Below are positions 49,391 to 57,804 of a stretch of 64,000 nucleotides of DNA, piece by piece. The stretch lies in IMG/VR virus record IMGVR_UViG_3300028591_000007, positions 32,001 through 96,000 of that record; one strand, given 5' to 3'. The notes under the pieces are model-generated. The model was not told where the DNA came from and ran no database searches. It saw only the letters and a list, made by a program, of their open reading frames with translations. Numbering within the stretch: position 1 is the stretch's first letter; every line of letters starts with the position of its first letter. Source of the stretch: a virus. Lineage: Duplodnaviria; Caudoviricetes. A program made the translations under genes and the position numbers.

Positions 49391-49962
49391 TACAATTCTC
49401 CTTTGATGTTATTTAATAATTTGTCGAATTGAATTATTTTATCCATAATTGGTAGAATATCTTCTCCGGTTAAACCAGTAGAGGCATTCGCAATATCAAT
49501 TCCATTATTCTGATAGATTCGTAACTCAAAGCCCATGTTACCAGGTTTTTGGTGATATTCCAAACAAAATAAAGCAGCGTATATAAGTAACTGCTCCATC
49601 TTTGCTGGTATCTCTCCAGTCTTTAAATCATGGATTCTTAAGAACTTAGTCTTTTCATCCCATGCAATAGCATCCGCTGTTCCAAAACAATTATCACTAT
49701 AATATAAAGTCTGTTCTGGTCTCATTCGAAAACCAATTGCGTCATTTACATATTGATCAAATGTTTTAGTTGTTTGAGGAAGTTCAATTCCAAGCTTTAT
49801 TAACTTTGCAGCAAGGTCATGTAATTCTGTTCCTCTTTCAACAGCAATAAAACGTAAATATCTTGCTTTGAGTTTAACGGGGTCATCTTTTAACCAACCG
49901 TATTTACTTGCACCAAGAAAAGCATGATTACCTGCAATCTTGGAATGATCGTTCCATTTCAT
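49390..49962 (-). CDS. PD-(D/E)XK nuclease (Cas4/exonuclease-like)
   Basis: HAFLGASKY.W, GT.LH, FGTADAI, IHDLKTG, QL.IYAA. Confidence 0.8.
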   Translation of the reverse strand: MKWNDHSKIAGNHAFLGASKYGWLKDDPVKLKARYLRFIAVERGTELHDLAAKLIKLGIELPQTTKTFDQYVNDAIGFRMRPEQTLYYSDNCFGTADAIAWDEKTKFLRIHDLKTGEIPAKMEQLLIYAALFCLEYHQKPGNMGFELRIYQNNGIDIANASTGLTGEDILPIMDKIIQFDKLLNNIKGEL

Positions 49963-50257
49963 TTAATACCTCCTCTACATTTTCAGGATATACATAAGAT
50001 GCGTAAGACATATCATTCATTGTATTAATATACCATGCTTGATTCTGATCTTGTCGTTTTGTGGTGCACCGAATGTATTCCTCTTCTGAGACTTTGTTTT
50101 CCAAAGCAGCCCAGTGATTCTTGTAGAGTACTGTAAGGTCAGGAATTCCTTGAATATAATTTGCATCATTCTTCATAACAATACAACCTGGAAATCTGTC
50201 TCGCAGTTTGGTAATTAAATCAGATTGGAAATCACTTTCTTTTTTGTAATGCTTCAT
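49928..50257 (-). CDS. VRR-NUC / resolvase-like nuclease
   Basis: ESDFQ..L, QGIPDL, WAALENK, YPEN; start at MKHY after AAGGAG. Confidence 0.75.
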   Translation of the reverse strand: MKHYKKESDFQSDLITKLRDRFPGCIVMKNDANYIQGIPDLTVLYKNHWAALENKVSEEEYIRCTTKRQDQNQAWYINTMNDMSYASYVYPENVEEVLNEMERSFQDCR

Positions 50258-50421
50258 TTGGTCGTCTCCTTTTTTTGTGTTACGTTCAACATCGCCCAAT
50301 GTTGATATTCGAAAAAATAAAAAACAAAAGGTTACACCAATCTCTTTTTAATTCAAGAATCACATCATTTGTTATCTCAAACAAAGCAAAAAAGAGTTGG
50401 TCTTACCCCTCTACATAATAG

Positions 50422-50590
50422 GAGCGAATTTTTTCGCGAATTCCGAAGTGTTTTGGTTTTAACACTTTGGTCAATAAGCTAAAGTCAGCTTGTCTGACGG
50501 GAGCGAATTCTAGAGTGAAGGTTTTTAACACTCTAGCTAATACTGGAAGTTTGCTTGTCAAACTGAGCGAATTCTATACTACAGCTGTAG
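50422..50590. repeat. Tandem structured repeat (GAGCGAATT plus two hairpins), ~2.5 units
   Basis: GAGCGAATT at 50422, ~50501, ~50565; hairpins GTCAG-CTTGT-CTGAC and GTTTG-CTTGT-CAAAC. Confidence 0.7.
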
Positions 50591-50661
50591 AATACTTTTG
50601 CAAAAATATCCAGTAAGTAAAAAAATAAATGAGCATAAACTACAGCTCCTCTAAATATCAT

Positions 50662-51915
50662 TTATCTCTCCTCTCTATTTTTAGGGAATAAATATCCAAA
50701 GAATTTCTCTTCATTAAATTTCTTCTTTTGTTTAATAGCTCTTGCAATTCCTCTATCAATTCCTGATTTAGTTTTGAAATGATAATACCACAAGTTAGTA
50801 AATGGTGTTGTTAATCTATCAATTCTTCCAGCTGCTTGTACCATTACTTTATATGAATAGTTTGGACTAAAGAATATAATTGTATCTGTTTGTGTGCAAT
50901 TCCATCCTTCATTACCTGCATTGTATTGTACAAGATAAACCCAAATATCATTTGTTGGTATTTCTTCATGTTTATGACCATTCCATTGTGTATAAGGTAT
51001 TTGCGTTTTATCAAAGAGTTCTTTCAATGCATCAAGCTCATAATCAAAATTATAAAATATAATTACTTTCTTTCTCGTCTCAATAATATCCAATATAATG
51101 TTAAACTTCTCTGGTGATAGATTACAAACTTTTCGTAATGCGCTACACAATTCATTAGCATTCTTAAATGGCACATTCTTTTCAAAATCGAATCTTGTTT
51201 TCATTATTTTATCATAAAGAGCACTATCATATGTTACATATATATCCTCGTGATGTTGAACAGTCTTTCTTTCAAAAGGCATATCAACTAAAATATCATT
51301 TCTCAATTGTTCAAGTTTAGGTACATTTAAATATCGTTCAACTTGTCTAAACTTTGAGAAAGGATTATACACAACATGCTGTAATCTAAAATCTGTAAAA
51401 TTCTTGTAAAAGCCATTTGCTATAAATACTGGAATATAATCTAACCATGTATCACCTGGTGTTGCACTAAGTAATATCCATTCATTATACTTTGCCAAAC
51501 ATAAAAAAGACTTAACCCAAGTTCCTGTACCAATTACTCGTTGTTCATCAAATATAAAATATGCATCAGTAACTAATGGTCTCCAACCTCTACCTTCTTT
51601 ATGCTCAACATACTTGTGCAAATTATTCCATGAATCAATTACTACTTTATTACCAAAGTTCTTACCATTTCTTGATAAACCAAAATGTAGTAATTCATCA
51701 TCCCACTCAAATGTATCTCTTTTTCTTGCTGTTGTGATAATATATAAATCTTTCATTTGTTTTGGAAATCTGAAAGGTTCTATACTTCCTCCAGCTTTTA
51801 AAAAATAATATGAGATACTTGTAATACTTTTACCAGAACCAACACCACCACAAAGAATACATCCATTCTTCATTTGTGTAAGTGCTTTCTTCTGATGATT
51901 TCGTAATGTTACCAT
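50662..51915 (-). CDS. SF2 DNA helicase
   Basis: GGVGSGKS Walker A, IFDEQ, LLSATPG, QAAGRIDR. Confidence 0.9.
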   Translation of the reverse strand: MVTLRNHQKKALTQMKNGCILCGGVGSGKSITSISYYFLKAGGSIEPFRFPKQMKDLYIITTARKRDTFEWDDELLHFGLSRNGKNFGNKVVIDSWNNLHKYVEHKEGRGWRPLVTDAYFIFDEQRVIGTGTWVKSFLCLAKYNEWILLSATPGDTWLDYIPVFIANGFYKNFTDFRLQHVVYNPFSKFRQVERYLNVPKLEQLRNDILVDMPFERKTVQHHEDIYVTYDSALYDKIMKTRFDFEKNVPFKNANELCSALRKVCNLSPEKFNIILDIIETRKKVIIFYNFDYELDALKELFDKTQIPYTQWNGHKHEEIPTNDIWVYLVQYNAGNEGWNCTQTDTIIFFSPNYSYKVMVQAAGRIDRLTTPFTNLWYYHFKTKSGIDRGIARAIKQKKKFNEEKFFGYLFPKNREER

Positions 51916-52336
51916 AAAACTACCTCTTTTTGGCTGTTTTTTTGCCGTTTTTATTTTGTGAAAAAATATAAAAAATATTATTTTAAAACTATTTATTAAA
52001 TATACTCCTCTCGCGCGCGAGGTAAAATGATATAAAAAATACGACCAAGTTCTTCGCGCATTATGCGTACGTACGCGTACCTGGGCGGATGCGCTAGGCG
52101 GGCGCTGGCGCGCGCGAGGATTTCACTGTGTTTTTCTTATTCAAAAATAGGACAAAAATAAGACAAATATTTTGTCACAAAAAAAATAAAAAAGAAGCTA
52201 AGAATCCTCTCACGTCCACTGTCTTTCAAGCCGCTAGATCGGTCTCCCGTAATCTATTAGTCACCTAATAAACATTCTTATTTAACTATAACCTATTGCT
52301 CAATTATAGCCTTCTTTTCATTATATAATATTCTTT

Positions 52337-52657
52337 TTACGCGACCCAAAATATTAAAATATCATTATCAAAATTGCAATTCATATCTTCAGGTAAAACT
52401 ATATTAACTTCATTATCAAATTTAAAATAGTCTTCATAATTTGTAATTATAAAACAATGATAATAATATGAATCGGAATTGTTATCTCTCTTTTCAATAG
52501 AATACTTTCTCAAAATATCAAAGAATTCTTTTTGTGAATCTTTACTAATAAATAATTCATCTGTGACATCACCTTCTGGATACATTGATAAATAAGGTAA
52601 TACTTTGTCATTGTTGCATTCTTTTGAATAAATTCCATAATAAATACTATTTCCCAT
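52337..52657 (-). CDS. Hypothetical protein
   Basis: 106 aa with AAGGAG RBS. Confidence 0.7.
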   Translation of the reverse strand: MGNSIYYGIYSKECNNDKVLPYLSMYPEGDVTDELFISKDSQKEFFDILRKYSIEKRDNNSDSYYYHCFIITNYEDYFKFDNEVNIVLPEDMNCNFDNDILIFWVA

Positions 52658-52672
52658 TATATATTCTCCTTT

Positions 52673-52987
52673 TCATGTAAGTGCTTCTTTGATCATATTC
52701 TTTATTTCATTATAAGTTTCTTTTACATATAAATCTTTATTACATTCTTTATTAAAACCAACTAATTGAATAATAGCATTTGCATTTTGTGCTTCATCTT
52801 GTATGCTAGTAATTCTTTCTTTTAAAGTATCACCAAACAAATTATAAAATGCTTGCATTTCTTCACTATCAGTTATTTCTGTAATCATATCTTTATCACT
52901 TTTTGTCATTGGAATAACACGAAGGATATTGTTAACATTGATTAAACTTTTTTCATCACATTTGGTAACTTCAATAAAATTTTTCAT
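52673..52987 (-). CDS. FlbD-like small protein, paralog of 55260..55586
   Basis: MKNFIEV...LIN.NNI...V.ET..EI; start moved to MKNF after GAAAGGAG. Confidence 0.55.
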   Translation of the reverse strand: MKNFIEVTKCDEKSLINVNNILRVIPMTKSDKDMITEITDSEEMQAFYNLFGDTLKERITSIQDEAQNANAIIQLVGFNKECNKDLYVKETYNEIKNMIKEALT

Positions 52988-53011
52988 ATATATTCTCCTT
53001 TCTAAAAATAT

Positions 53012-53129
53012 CATTCAAGATAAGGATCTGCACCTTATATGATATAAAGTTTTGCTAAGATTATTCTTAATGGTTTTATATATCTTTAACCCTATCACTA
53101 AAAACGTCTACCTATTCCGCCACCTGAAT
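53012..53129 (-). ncRNA. tRNA-like RNA with long insert replacing the anticodon arm (copy A)
   Basis: ATTCAGG/CTTGAAT acceptor, TGGCGGAATAGGTAGACG D-region, ATAAGG-TGCAGAT-CCTTAT T-arm. Confidence 0.75.
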
Positions 53130-53191
53130 GATGATTGCTTACTCATGAGGGACATACCACTTTCAGCTTGAGGCCCATATTCATTTATATA

Positions 53192-53249
53192 GCGCACCAA
53201 AAGCTCCTCTGTGCTTCAACTGCCATTGTGTCCACGGCCATCCGTGCGC
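53192..53249 (-). ncRNA. Structured RNA motif, copy 2 (GGAU-hairpin-AGUUGA)
   Basis: GCGCAC/GTGCGC closing stem; GCCGT/ATGGC hairpin; AGTTGAAG. Confidence 0.55.
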
Positions 53250-53258
53250 ATAAATTTG

Positions 53259-53442
53259 TATTCAAGAAATAATTCATACAATTTCACCATCTATTCAACC
53301 CCTACGTTTTACCAAATATGGTTCTAGTTTACTTATTCGTTAGATGCACCCTTTTCGGGTATTAAGTGACATTACTGCCTCAGCCTTCAACTGCCGTAGG
53401 CGACATCCAGCATCTTGACCATATGAATTAATTTCTTGAATA
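53259..53442 (-). ncRNA. ~185-nt structured RNA containing copy 1 of the GGAU-hairpin-AGUUGA motif
   Basis: TATTCAAGAAAT(T)AATTCATA / TATGAATTATTTCTTGAATA closing stem; AGATGC/GCATCT inner domain; ACCC-GAAAA-GGGT hairpin. Confidence 0.6.
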
Positions 53443-53444
53443 AA

Positions 53445-53517
53445 CAGCCCCTACTGGATTCGAACCAGTGAATAACGGTGTCAAAGACCACCGCCTTCAC
53501 CACTTGGCTAAGGGGCT
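53445..53517 (-). tRNA. tRNA-Gln(TTG)
   Basis: AGCCCCT/AGGGGCT acceptor, GTGGT-CTTTGAC-ACCGT anticodon arm, ACTGG-TTCGAAT-CCAGT; no encoded CCA. Confidence 0.9.
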
Positions 53518-53529
53518 ACAAAATATCAT

Positions 53530-53952
53530 TTATCGAATTATTTCTTCAAATCTAAACTTTTGCTTTATGTTCGGATATTTTTCTTTGTCCACTTCACTTA
53601 CAAATTCATTATATGGACGAACATATAATTTAAAATCTCCATACATAGCACGATATATAACCATTGATGATTGATCTAAAGTATTAATAGCAAAATCTTC
53701 TATTCTATATATGTATTTATTTTGTGCTTTTTCTGCATCTGATAATGTTTCATATTTAAAATGCTTTACTATACTTCCGACTTGTATCATTTTTTCTCCT
53801 TTTGGTTCTTCATATTCCATATTAAGCCATTCTTCCATACAATCAATATCATCTATGTAAGCTGATCTAAGTGCAAGGATTTGTGGCTGGATTGATCTGC
53901 TCCAATATATTTCCTTGCCAAATATCTTTTTAAATTTTTCTCTATTTGTCAT
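53530..53952 (-). CDS. DUF1653-like domain protein
   Basis: C-term KHFK..Y....A.....MVIYRAMYG...YVRPY.EF.SEVD.EKYP...QK.RFE. Confidence 0.75.
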   Translation of the reverse strand: MTNREKFKKIFGKEIYWSRSIQPQILALRSAYIDDIDCMEEWLNMEYEEPKGEKMIQVGSIVKHFKYETLSDAEKAQNKYIYRIEDFAINTLDQSSMVIYRAMYGDFKLYVRPYNEFVSEVDKEKYPNIKQKFRFEEIIR

Positions 53953-54170
53953 ATGTTCACATCCTCAAATAATAATTTTATTTTAGCAGACATTATCTTA
54001 TAGCAAGATTCGCAATAGTCTTTTTGTATAAATAACTGACTATTTTGTTTATCTGCACTTTTATTAACGTCTAATCTAAGTAAATAAATATCTTTAGGCC
54101 AAATACCTCTCTTTTTGCATTTATCACAAACATATGTTTGAACATTATATTCTATTATTCCTTTAGACAT
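53949..54170 (-). CDS. Small zinc-finger-like protein
   Basis: CDKC...DYCESC. Confidence 0.7.
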   Translation of the reverse strand: MSKGIIEYNVQTYVCDKCKKRGIWPKDIYLLRLDVNKSADKQNSQLFIQKDYCESCYKIMSAKIKLLFEDVNI

Positions 54171-54196
54171 ACCTTATTTCTCCTTTCTAAAAATAT

Positions 54197-54329
54197 CATT
54201 CAGGGTAAAGATTTGCACCTTACACAAGATACCAGAACTAATATCTCTCGCCATTTATACGCCAATCTACGGCTCAGTCTGTTCAGATTACTCTGCTTGC
54301 TATGCGTCTACCTATTCCGCCACCTGAAT
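54197..54329 (-). ncRNA. tRNA-like RNA with long insert replacing the anticodon arm (copy B)
   Basis: ATTCAGG/CCTGAAT acceptor, same D-region as copy A, GTAAGG-TGCAAAT-CTTTAC T-arm, unrelated ~80-nt insert. Confidence 0.75.
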
Positions 54330-54336
54330 GATTTAA

Positions 54337-54408
54337 CAGCCCCTACTGGATTCGAACCAGTGAATGCATCTGTCAAAGAGATGTACCTTGCCGCTTGGTG
54401 AAGGGGCT
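54337..54408 (-). tRNA. tRNA-Gln(TTG)
   Basis: CATCT-CTTTGAC-AGATG anticodon arm; acceptor and T-arm identical to 53445..53517. Confidence 0.92.
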
Positions 54409-54416
54409 ACAAAATA

Positions 54417-54602
54417 TCATTTATTAATCTGCTCAATATGTTTAGTTGTTGTAACACTATCAGATAATACCTTACCCGCCATAATAGATATACATAGCAA
54501 AGAAAGATTATAAGATGATATTTTATGTATACCATGATAGTGTTCCCAACATATTTTATACATATCAATTTCATCTGGTATTTCAATCACTATTTTTGAC
54601 AT
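54417..54602 (-). CDS. Hypothetical protein
   Basis: 61 aa, KIVIEIPDE start, GGAGAGG RBS. Confidence 0.6.
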   Translation of the reverse strand: MSKIVIEIPDEIDMYKICWEHYHGIHKISSYNLSLLCISIMAGKVLSDSVTTTKHIEQINK

Positions 54603-54904
54603 ATTTCCTCTCCTAAAAATTTCTCAATATTTATGGATATTGTTGCATTTAATAAACCACCATGATTATCACAATAATTATCAAACTCTTTTCTATATTG
54701 CTCATAAATATCTTTGTCTTCTTCTGGAACTTTCCAATAATCTCCATTTGGACATCTACTACAACCCATACAAGAATATCCATCACATACTTCAGAATAC
54801 TCAGGTTTTGGTATAGGTGGATACAGTTTATCCCATTTTTCTTTTAACTGGTTCTTTGGTGGATCAAATATAGTTCCATCAGGAAATACTATATTATTAT
54901 TCAT
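54590..54904 (-). CDS. Hypothetical Cys-cluster protein
   Basis: CDGYSCMGCSRCP. Confidence 0.7.
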   Translation of the reverse strand: MNNNIVFPDGTIFDPPKNQLKEKWDKLYPPIPKPEYSEVCDGYSCMGCSRCPNGDYWKVPEEDKDIYEQYRKEFDNYCDNHGGLLNATISINIEKFLGEEICQK

Positions 54905-54931
54905 GTTGTTTTCTCCTAAAATAATTCCATC

Positions 54932-55111
54932 TTATAAAAGTATTTTAAATGTCTTACATACAAGACATTCATCCATGCACACCATTCTACCAAGACTTTT
55001 ATAATATTTAAAACAAGATTCAGCATTATCCTTATTATCAAAAACTGTAACTATGGGTTCTTCATTAGTATTAGGAAAATATTGTGTTACTGTATAAACA
55101 ATTTGTTTCAT
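54932..55111 (-). CDS. Hypothetical protein (59 aa)
   Basis: Manual translation MKQIVYTVTQYF...KTFKILL; TAGGAGG RBS. Confidence 0.6.
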   Translation of the reverse strand: MKQIVYTVTQYFPNTNEEPIVTVFDNKDNAESCFKYYKSLGRMVCMDECLVCKTFKILL

Positions 55112-55138
55112 CTTTCCTCCTAAAATAATTTTATCGGG

Positions 55139-55237
55139 TTACTTCTTTTTCTTAATTTTAGTTATAACGTAATTATAACCTAATGTTATTATAGCTATCA
55201 AAACAATGAATATTCCTATAATTGCTAAATCATTCAT
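55139..55237 (-). CDS. Small single-pass membrane peptide (32 aa)
   Basis: MNDLAIIGIFIVLIAIITLGYNYVITKIKKKK; TAGGAG RBS. Confidence 0.6.
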   Translation of the reverse strand: MNDLAIIGIFIVLIAIITLGYNYVITKIKKKK

Positions 55238-55259
55238 CTTTTTCTCCTAAAAATATCAT

Positions 55260-55586
55260 TTAACATAAAGCATTTTCAATCTTAACTTTAATTTCATCAA
55301 AAGTTTCTAAAGCAAATATACTATTATCACTTTTATCATTACTACCAGTAGTTAAAATTATAATTGTATTTGCTTTAAGCATATTGCTAGACATATTATT
55401 CAACTTACTTTTTGTCTCATCGTCACTAATAAATTCCATAAAAAGATCCCACTTGTCATTTTTGAAAACACCATCAAGAACTTTTTTATCTCCATCATTG
55501 ATAGGATATACTTTTGCAATATTATTTATGTTAACTAAATACTTTGAACCTTCTTCAACACCATTAACTTCAATAAAATTTTTCAT
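55260..55586 (-). CDS. FlbD-like small protein, paralog of 52673..52987
   Basis: MKNFIEV...LVNINNI...ETFDEI. Confidence 0.55.
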   Translation of the reverse strand: MKNFIEVNGVEEGSKYLVNINNIAKVYPINDGDKKVLDGVFKNDKWDLFMEFISDDETKSKLNNMSSNMLKANTIIILTTGSNDKSDNSIFALETFDEIKVKIENALC

Positions 55587-55630
55587 ATATTTTTCCTCCG
55601 TTTATAAATATCATTTATTCTAAAATATTT

Positions 55631-55768
55631 TTATGTAGTTACTTCATACTTCTTAATGGTTCTAATAAACAAGTCAATTATAGCATCAACTACACATGGA
55701 TCTTTTGCTAATACTTGTTTGTCAGCCTGCGAATACCAGTCCTTTATTTCTTTTCTGACATTTTTCAT
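55631..55768 (-). CDS. Hypothetical protein (45 aa)
   Basis: MKNVRKEIKDWY...; ATGA overlap with the ligase stop. Confidence 0.5.
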   Translation of the reverse strand: MKNVRKEIKDWYSQADKQVLAKDPCVVDAIIDLFIRTIKKYEVTT

Positions 55769-56388
55769 TTCTCCTTAACAGGCCACTCAAAACCAAAGTC
55801 ACTTCTTTTAATCTTACAAATAGGTTCGCTACCTGTAGGATCAGTAAACCAGAATACTATACCTTCTATTTCATTGTTATATAAATACTCTCTAAGAATA
55901 TCTATTGTTAATGGTTTATTAGATAATTCTTCAATGACACTAACACCATGCTTATACAAAGTATCTTTTTCTAATTTATATGGATTACCTTGGAAATGCG
56001 GTCCAATAGCTTCATAAGTTACCGGACACCATTTGTCACCACTTTCAATTTCATATAATTCACGATAATTATTAAAAGCAGCAATAAACCATTTATCTTC
56101 TGCTTTATCAGGATTAAGTTCTATCCAATGAGGCCAATGACCTGTAATAGGATCTGGATTATCTTGACAAGGTATTGCACCTTCTGGAACTTTCTTACCA
56201 GCTTTAGCATCATATCTCTTATACCACTTGTCATCAATTACGGCACAACAAGAACCATCAATCTTGACAGTAGGAGTACATCTACCATCTAATACAACTT
56301 GTAATCTTTTATCTGTTAATGTATCTGTTATTCCAACAACTTTATGATTTTCATATGTTCTTTCAAATAATGTAGGTATTTTTCTCAT
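55765..56388 (-). CDS. ATP-dependent RNA ligase-like protein (DUF5565/RLIG1-like)
   Basis: MRKIPTLFER, motif I TVKIDGS, TYEAIGP..QGNP, EGIVF, KIKRSDFG. Confidence 0.75.
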   Translation of the reverse strand: MRKIPTLFERTYENHKVVGITDTLTDKRLQVVLDGRCTPTVKIDGSCCAVIDDKWYKRYDAKAGKKVPEGAIPCQDNPDPITGHWPHWIELNPDKAEDKWFIAAFNNYRELYEIESGDKWCPVTYEAIGPHFQGNPYKLEKDTLYKHGVSVIEELSNKPLTIDILREYLYNNEIEGIVFWFTDPTGSEPICKIKRSDFGFEWPVKEK

Positions 56389-56708
56389 AATTCAAATGCA
56401 TCTCCTAAAACATAAATTTCCTTAATACTATCTTTGTAATATATTTCACTGAACAATTGTCTTTTGCTATCAATTGTCTGTATATCGCAATTCTCGACAT
56501 AAAACATTCCATCATATAACACATTATCAAGTCTATGTGATTTACCAAGTTGCCATTCCGTTATTTTATTACGAACTATTTCATTATATTCTTCTGTAAA
56601 AATAAATAAAATTCCAGAATAGTTAACATCTTCTAATGATAAATTTTCAAATTCTTCTTTTGTAATGTTATAAACTGGAATACAAATATTCATAAGAAAA
56701 TTAGCCAT
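56385..56708 (-). CDS. Hypothetical protein
   Basis: 107 aa, GAGGAGG RBS. Confidence 0.7.
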   Translation of the reverse strand: MANFLMNICIPVYNITKEEFENLSLEDVNYSGILFIFTEEYNEIVRNKITEWQLGKSHRLDNVLYDGMFYVENCDIQTIDSKRQLFSEIYYKDSIKEIYVLGDAFEL

Positions 56709-56728
56709 TTATCATTCCTCCTCAAATA

Positions 56729-57010
56729 TCATTTAATTGTTATAGCATCAATACCATTTAATTTAACAAACTTCATACGTCTCCAATCTTTAAAATAATA
56801 ACGAATTGCTTCATTAAGATCATCTTGTTTTTCTTTAAAATTAAACTCAATGTCATCTCCTTGTGTAATCACAATTACATTTTTATCTTTACAATACCAT
56901 ATTCCATCCATATGTGTTGCATTACATTCCCATCCACTATGTGATAACAATAAAACATTATCCGGAATTTTATTTCTATCTATTATTTCTTTTAATGCAC
57001 CAAAAGTCAT
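56729..57010 (-). CDS. Hypothetical protein
   Basis: 93 aa, SGWEC motif, TAGGAGG RBS. Confidence 0.7.
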   Translation of the reverse strand: MTFGALKEIIDRNKIPDNVLLLSHSGWECNATHMDGIWYCKDKNVIVITQGDDIEFNFKEKQDDLNEAIRYYFKDWRRMKFVKLNGIDAITIK

Positions 57011-57034
57011 GTTTTATTCCTCCTAAAATATCAT

Positions 57035-57340
57035 TTAATCTCTTATTTTTGCACCAAAATCAGATAAATCTAAATAACCATCTCTCATTAAAGTAAAACG
57101 TAAATTATTCATAGTTTTATATATCTTTTCTATTTTTGCAATTTCATCATCAGATGAAGAAGCGCCTGCTAAAAACTGATTATTATCTTCTTTAAAATCT
57201 ATATAATATGTACAATCATCTGTTGCATAAAATTCAATTTGCAAAGTTTTTAAATAAAAACCAACATGAGGTGTTTCAACTACAAAATAATTTCTAACTG
57301 CCTCAACATCATTTATTCCTCTTAATGTTATTCTAAACAT
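57035..57340 (-). CDS. Hypothetical protein
   Basis: 101 aa, GGGAGG RBS. Confidence 0.7.
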   Translation of the reverse strand: MFRITLRGINDVEAVRNYFVVETPHVGFYLKTLQIEFYATDDCTYYIDFKEDNNQFLAGASSSDDEIAKIEKIYKTMNNLRFTLMRDGYLDLSDFGAKIRD

Positions 57341-57373
57341 AATTCCTCCCTTTTCATAGAATGGTCTTATAAA

Positions 57374-57464
57374 GCACCAGAAGCCTCATTTAGGCCTGTT
57401 TCATATTTTACCCTGCAATTATACTGGAATTATACTAAAAAGCCAAATATGGGCATTCTGGTGC
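57374..57464. repeat. Long imperfect hairpin element, copy 1
   Basis: gcaccagaagcctcatttaggcc...gggcattctggtgc; similar to 57805-57916. Confidence 0.75.
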
Positions 57465-57533
57465 GTCTGAGAGCACTTTCCTGCAAACCAGGAAACTACA
57501 TTTCTCACTTTGTTCAAAATACATTATAAAATA

Positions 57534-57770
57534 TCATTTATTCATTTCTTCTAATAATTCAGTAACCTGAGGAAAATGTCTTCCGGTCTTTCTAATATTA
57601 TCATTACTTGTACAAGTATGATGATGTCCACCAGCACTTATACATTGATAAACCATACAATCTCCTCTATTACCAACCAAATGAACTACTACATTGTAAG
57701 CATTTCTGCCTTCTGTTCCAACTCTAAGTTCATCACCAACTACAATATCATTTGTAATTTGTTCTGACAT
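57534..57770 (-). CDS. Hypothetical protein
   Basis: 78 aa; I.VGDE..KTGRHFP. Confidence 0.7.
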   Translation of the reverse strand: MSEQITNDIVVGDELRVGTEGRNAYNVVVHLVGNRGDCMVYQCISAGGHHHTCTSNDNIRKTGRHFPQVTELLEEMNK

Positions 57771-57804
57771 TTTATATACCTCACAAATATCATTTTTCTA
57801 AATA

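Noticed and set aside
52200-52281. Possible structured RNA closed by TAAGAAT/ATTCTTA
   Set aside because: Single copy, short AT-rich stem, no covariation evidence available
53012-54329. Calling the tRNA-like elements tRNA-Leu or tmRNA
   Set aside because: D-region resembles tRNA-Leu but there is no anticodon stem-loop; far too short and no tag ORF for tmRNA
53445-54408. Stop-codon reassignment with suppressor tRNAs
   Set aside because: Both anticodons are TTG (Gln); genes are long in code 11 and end in TAA, TAG and TGA
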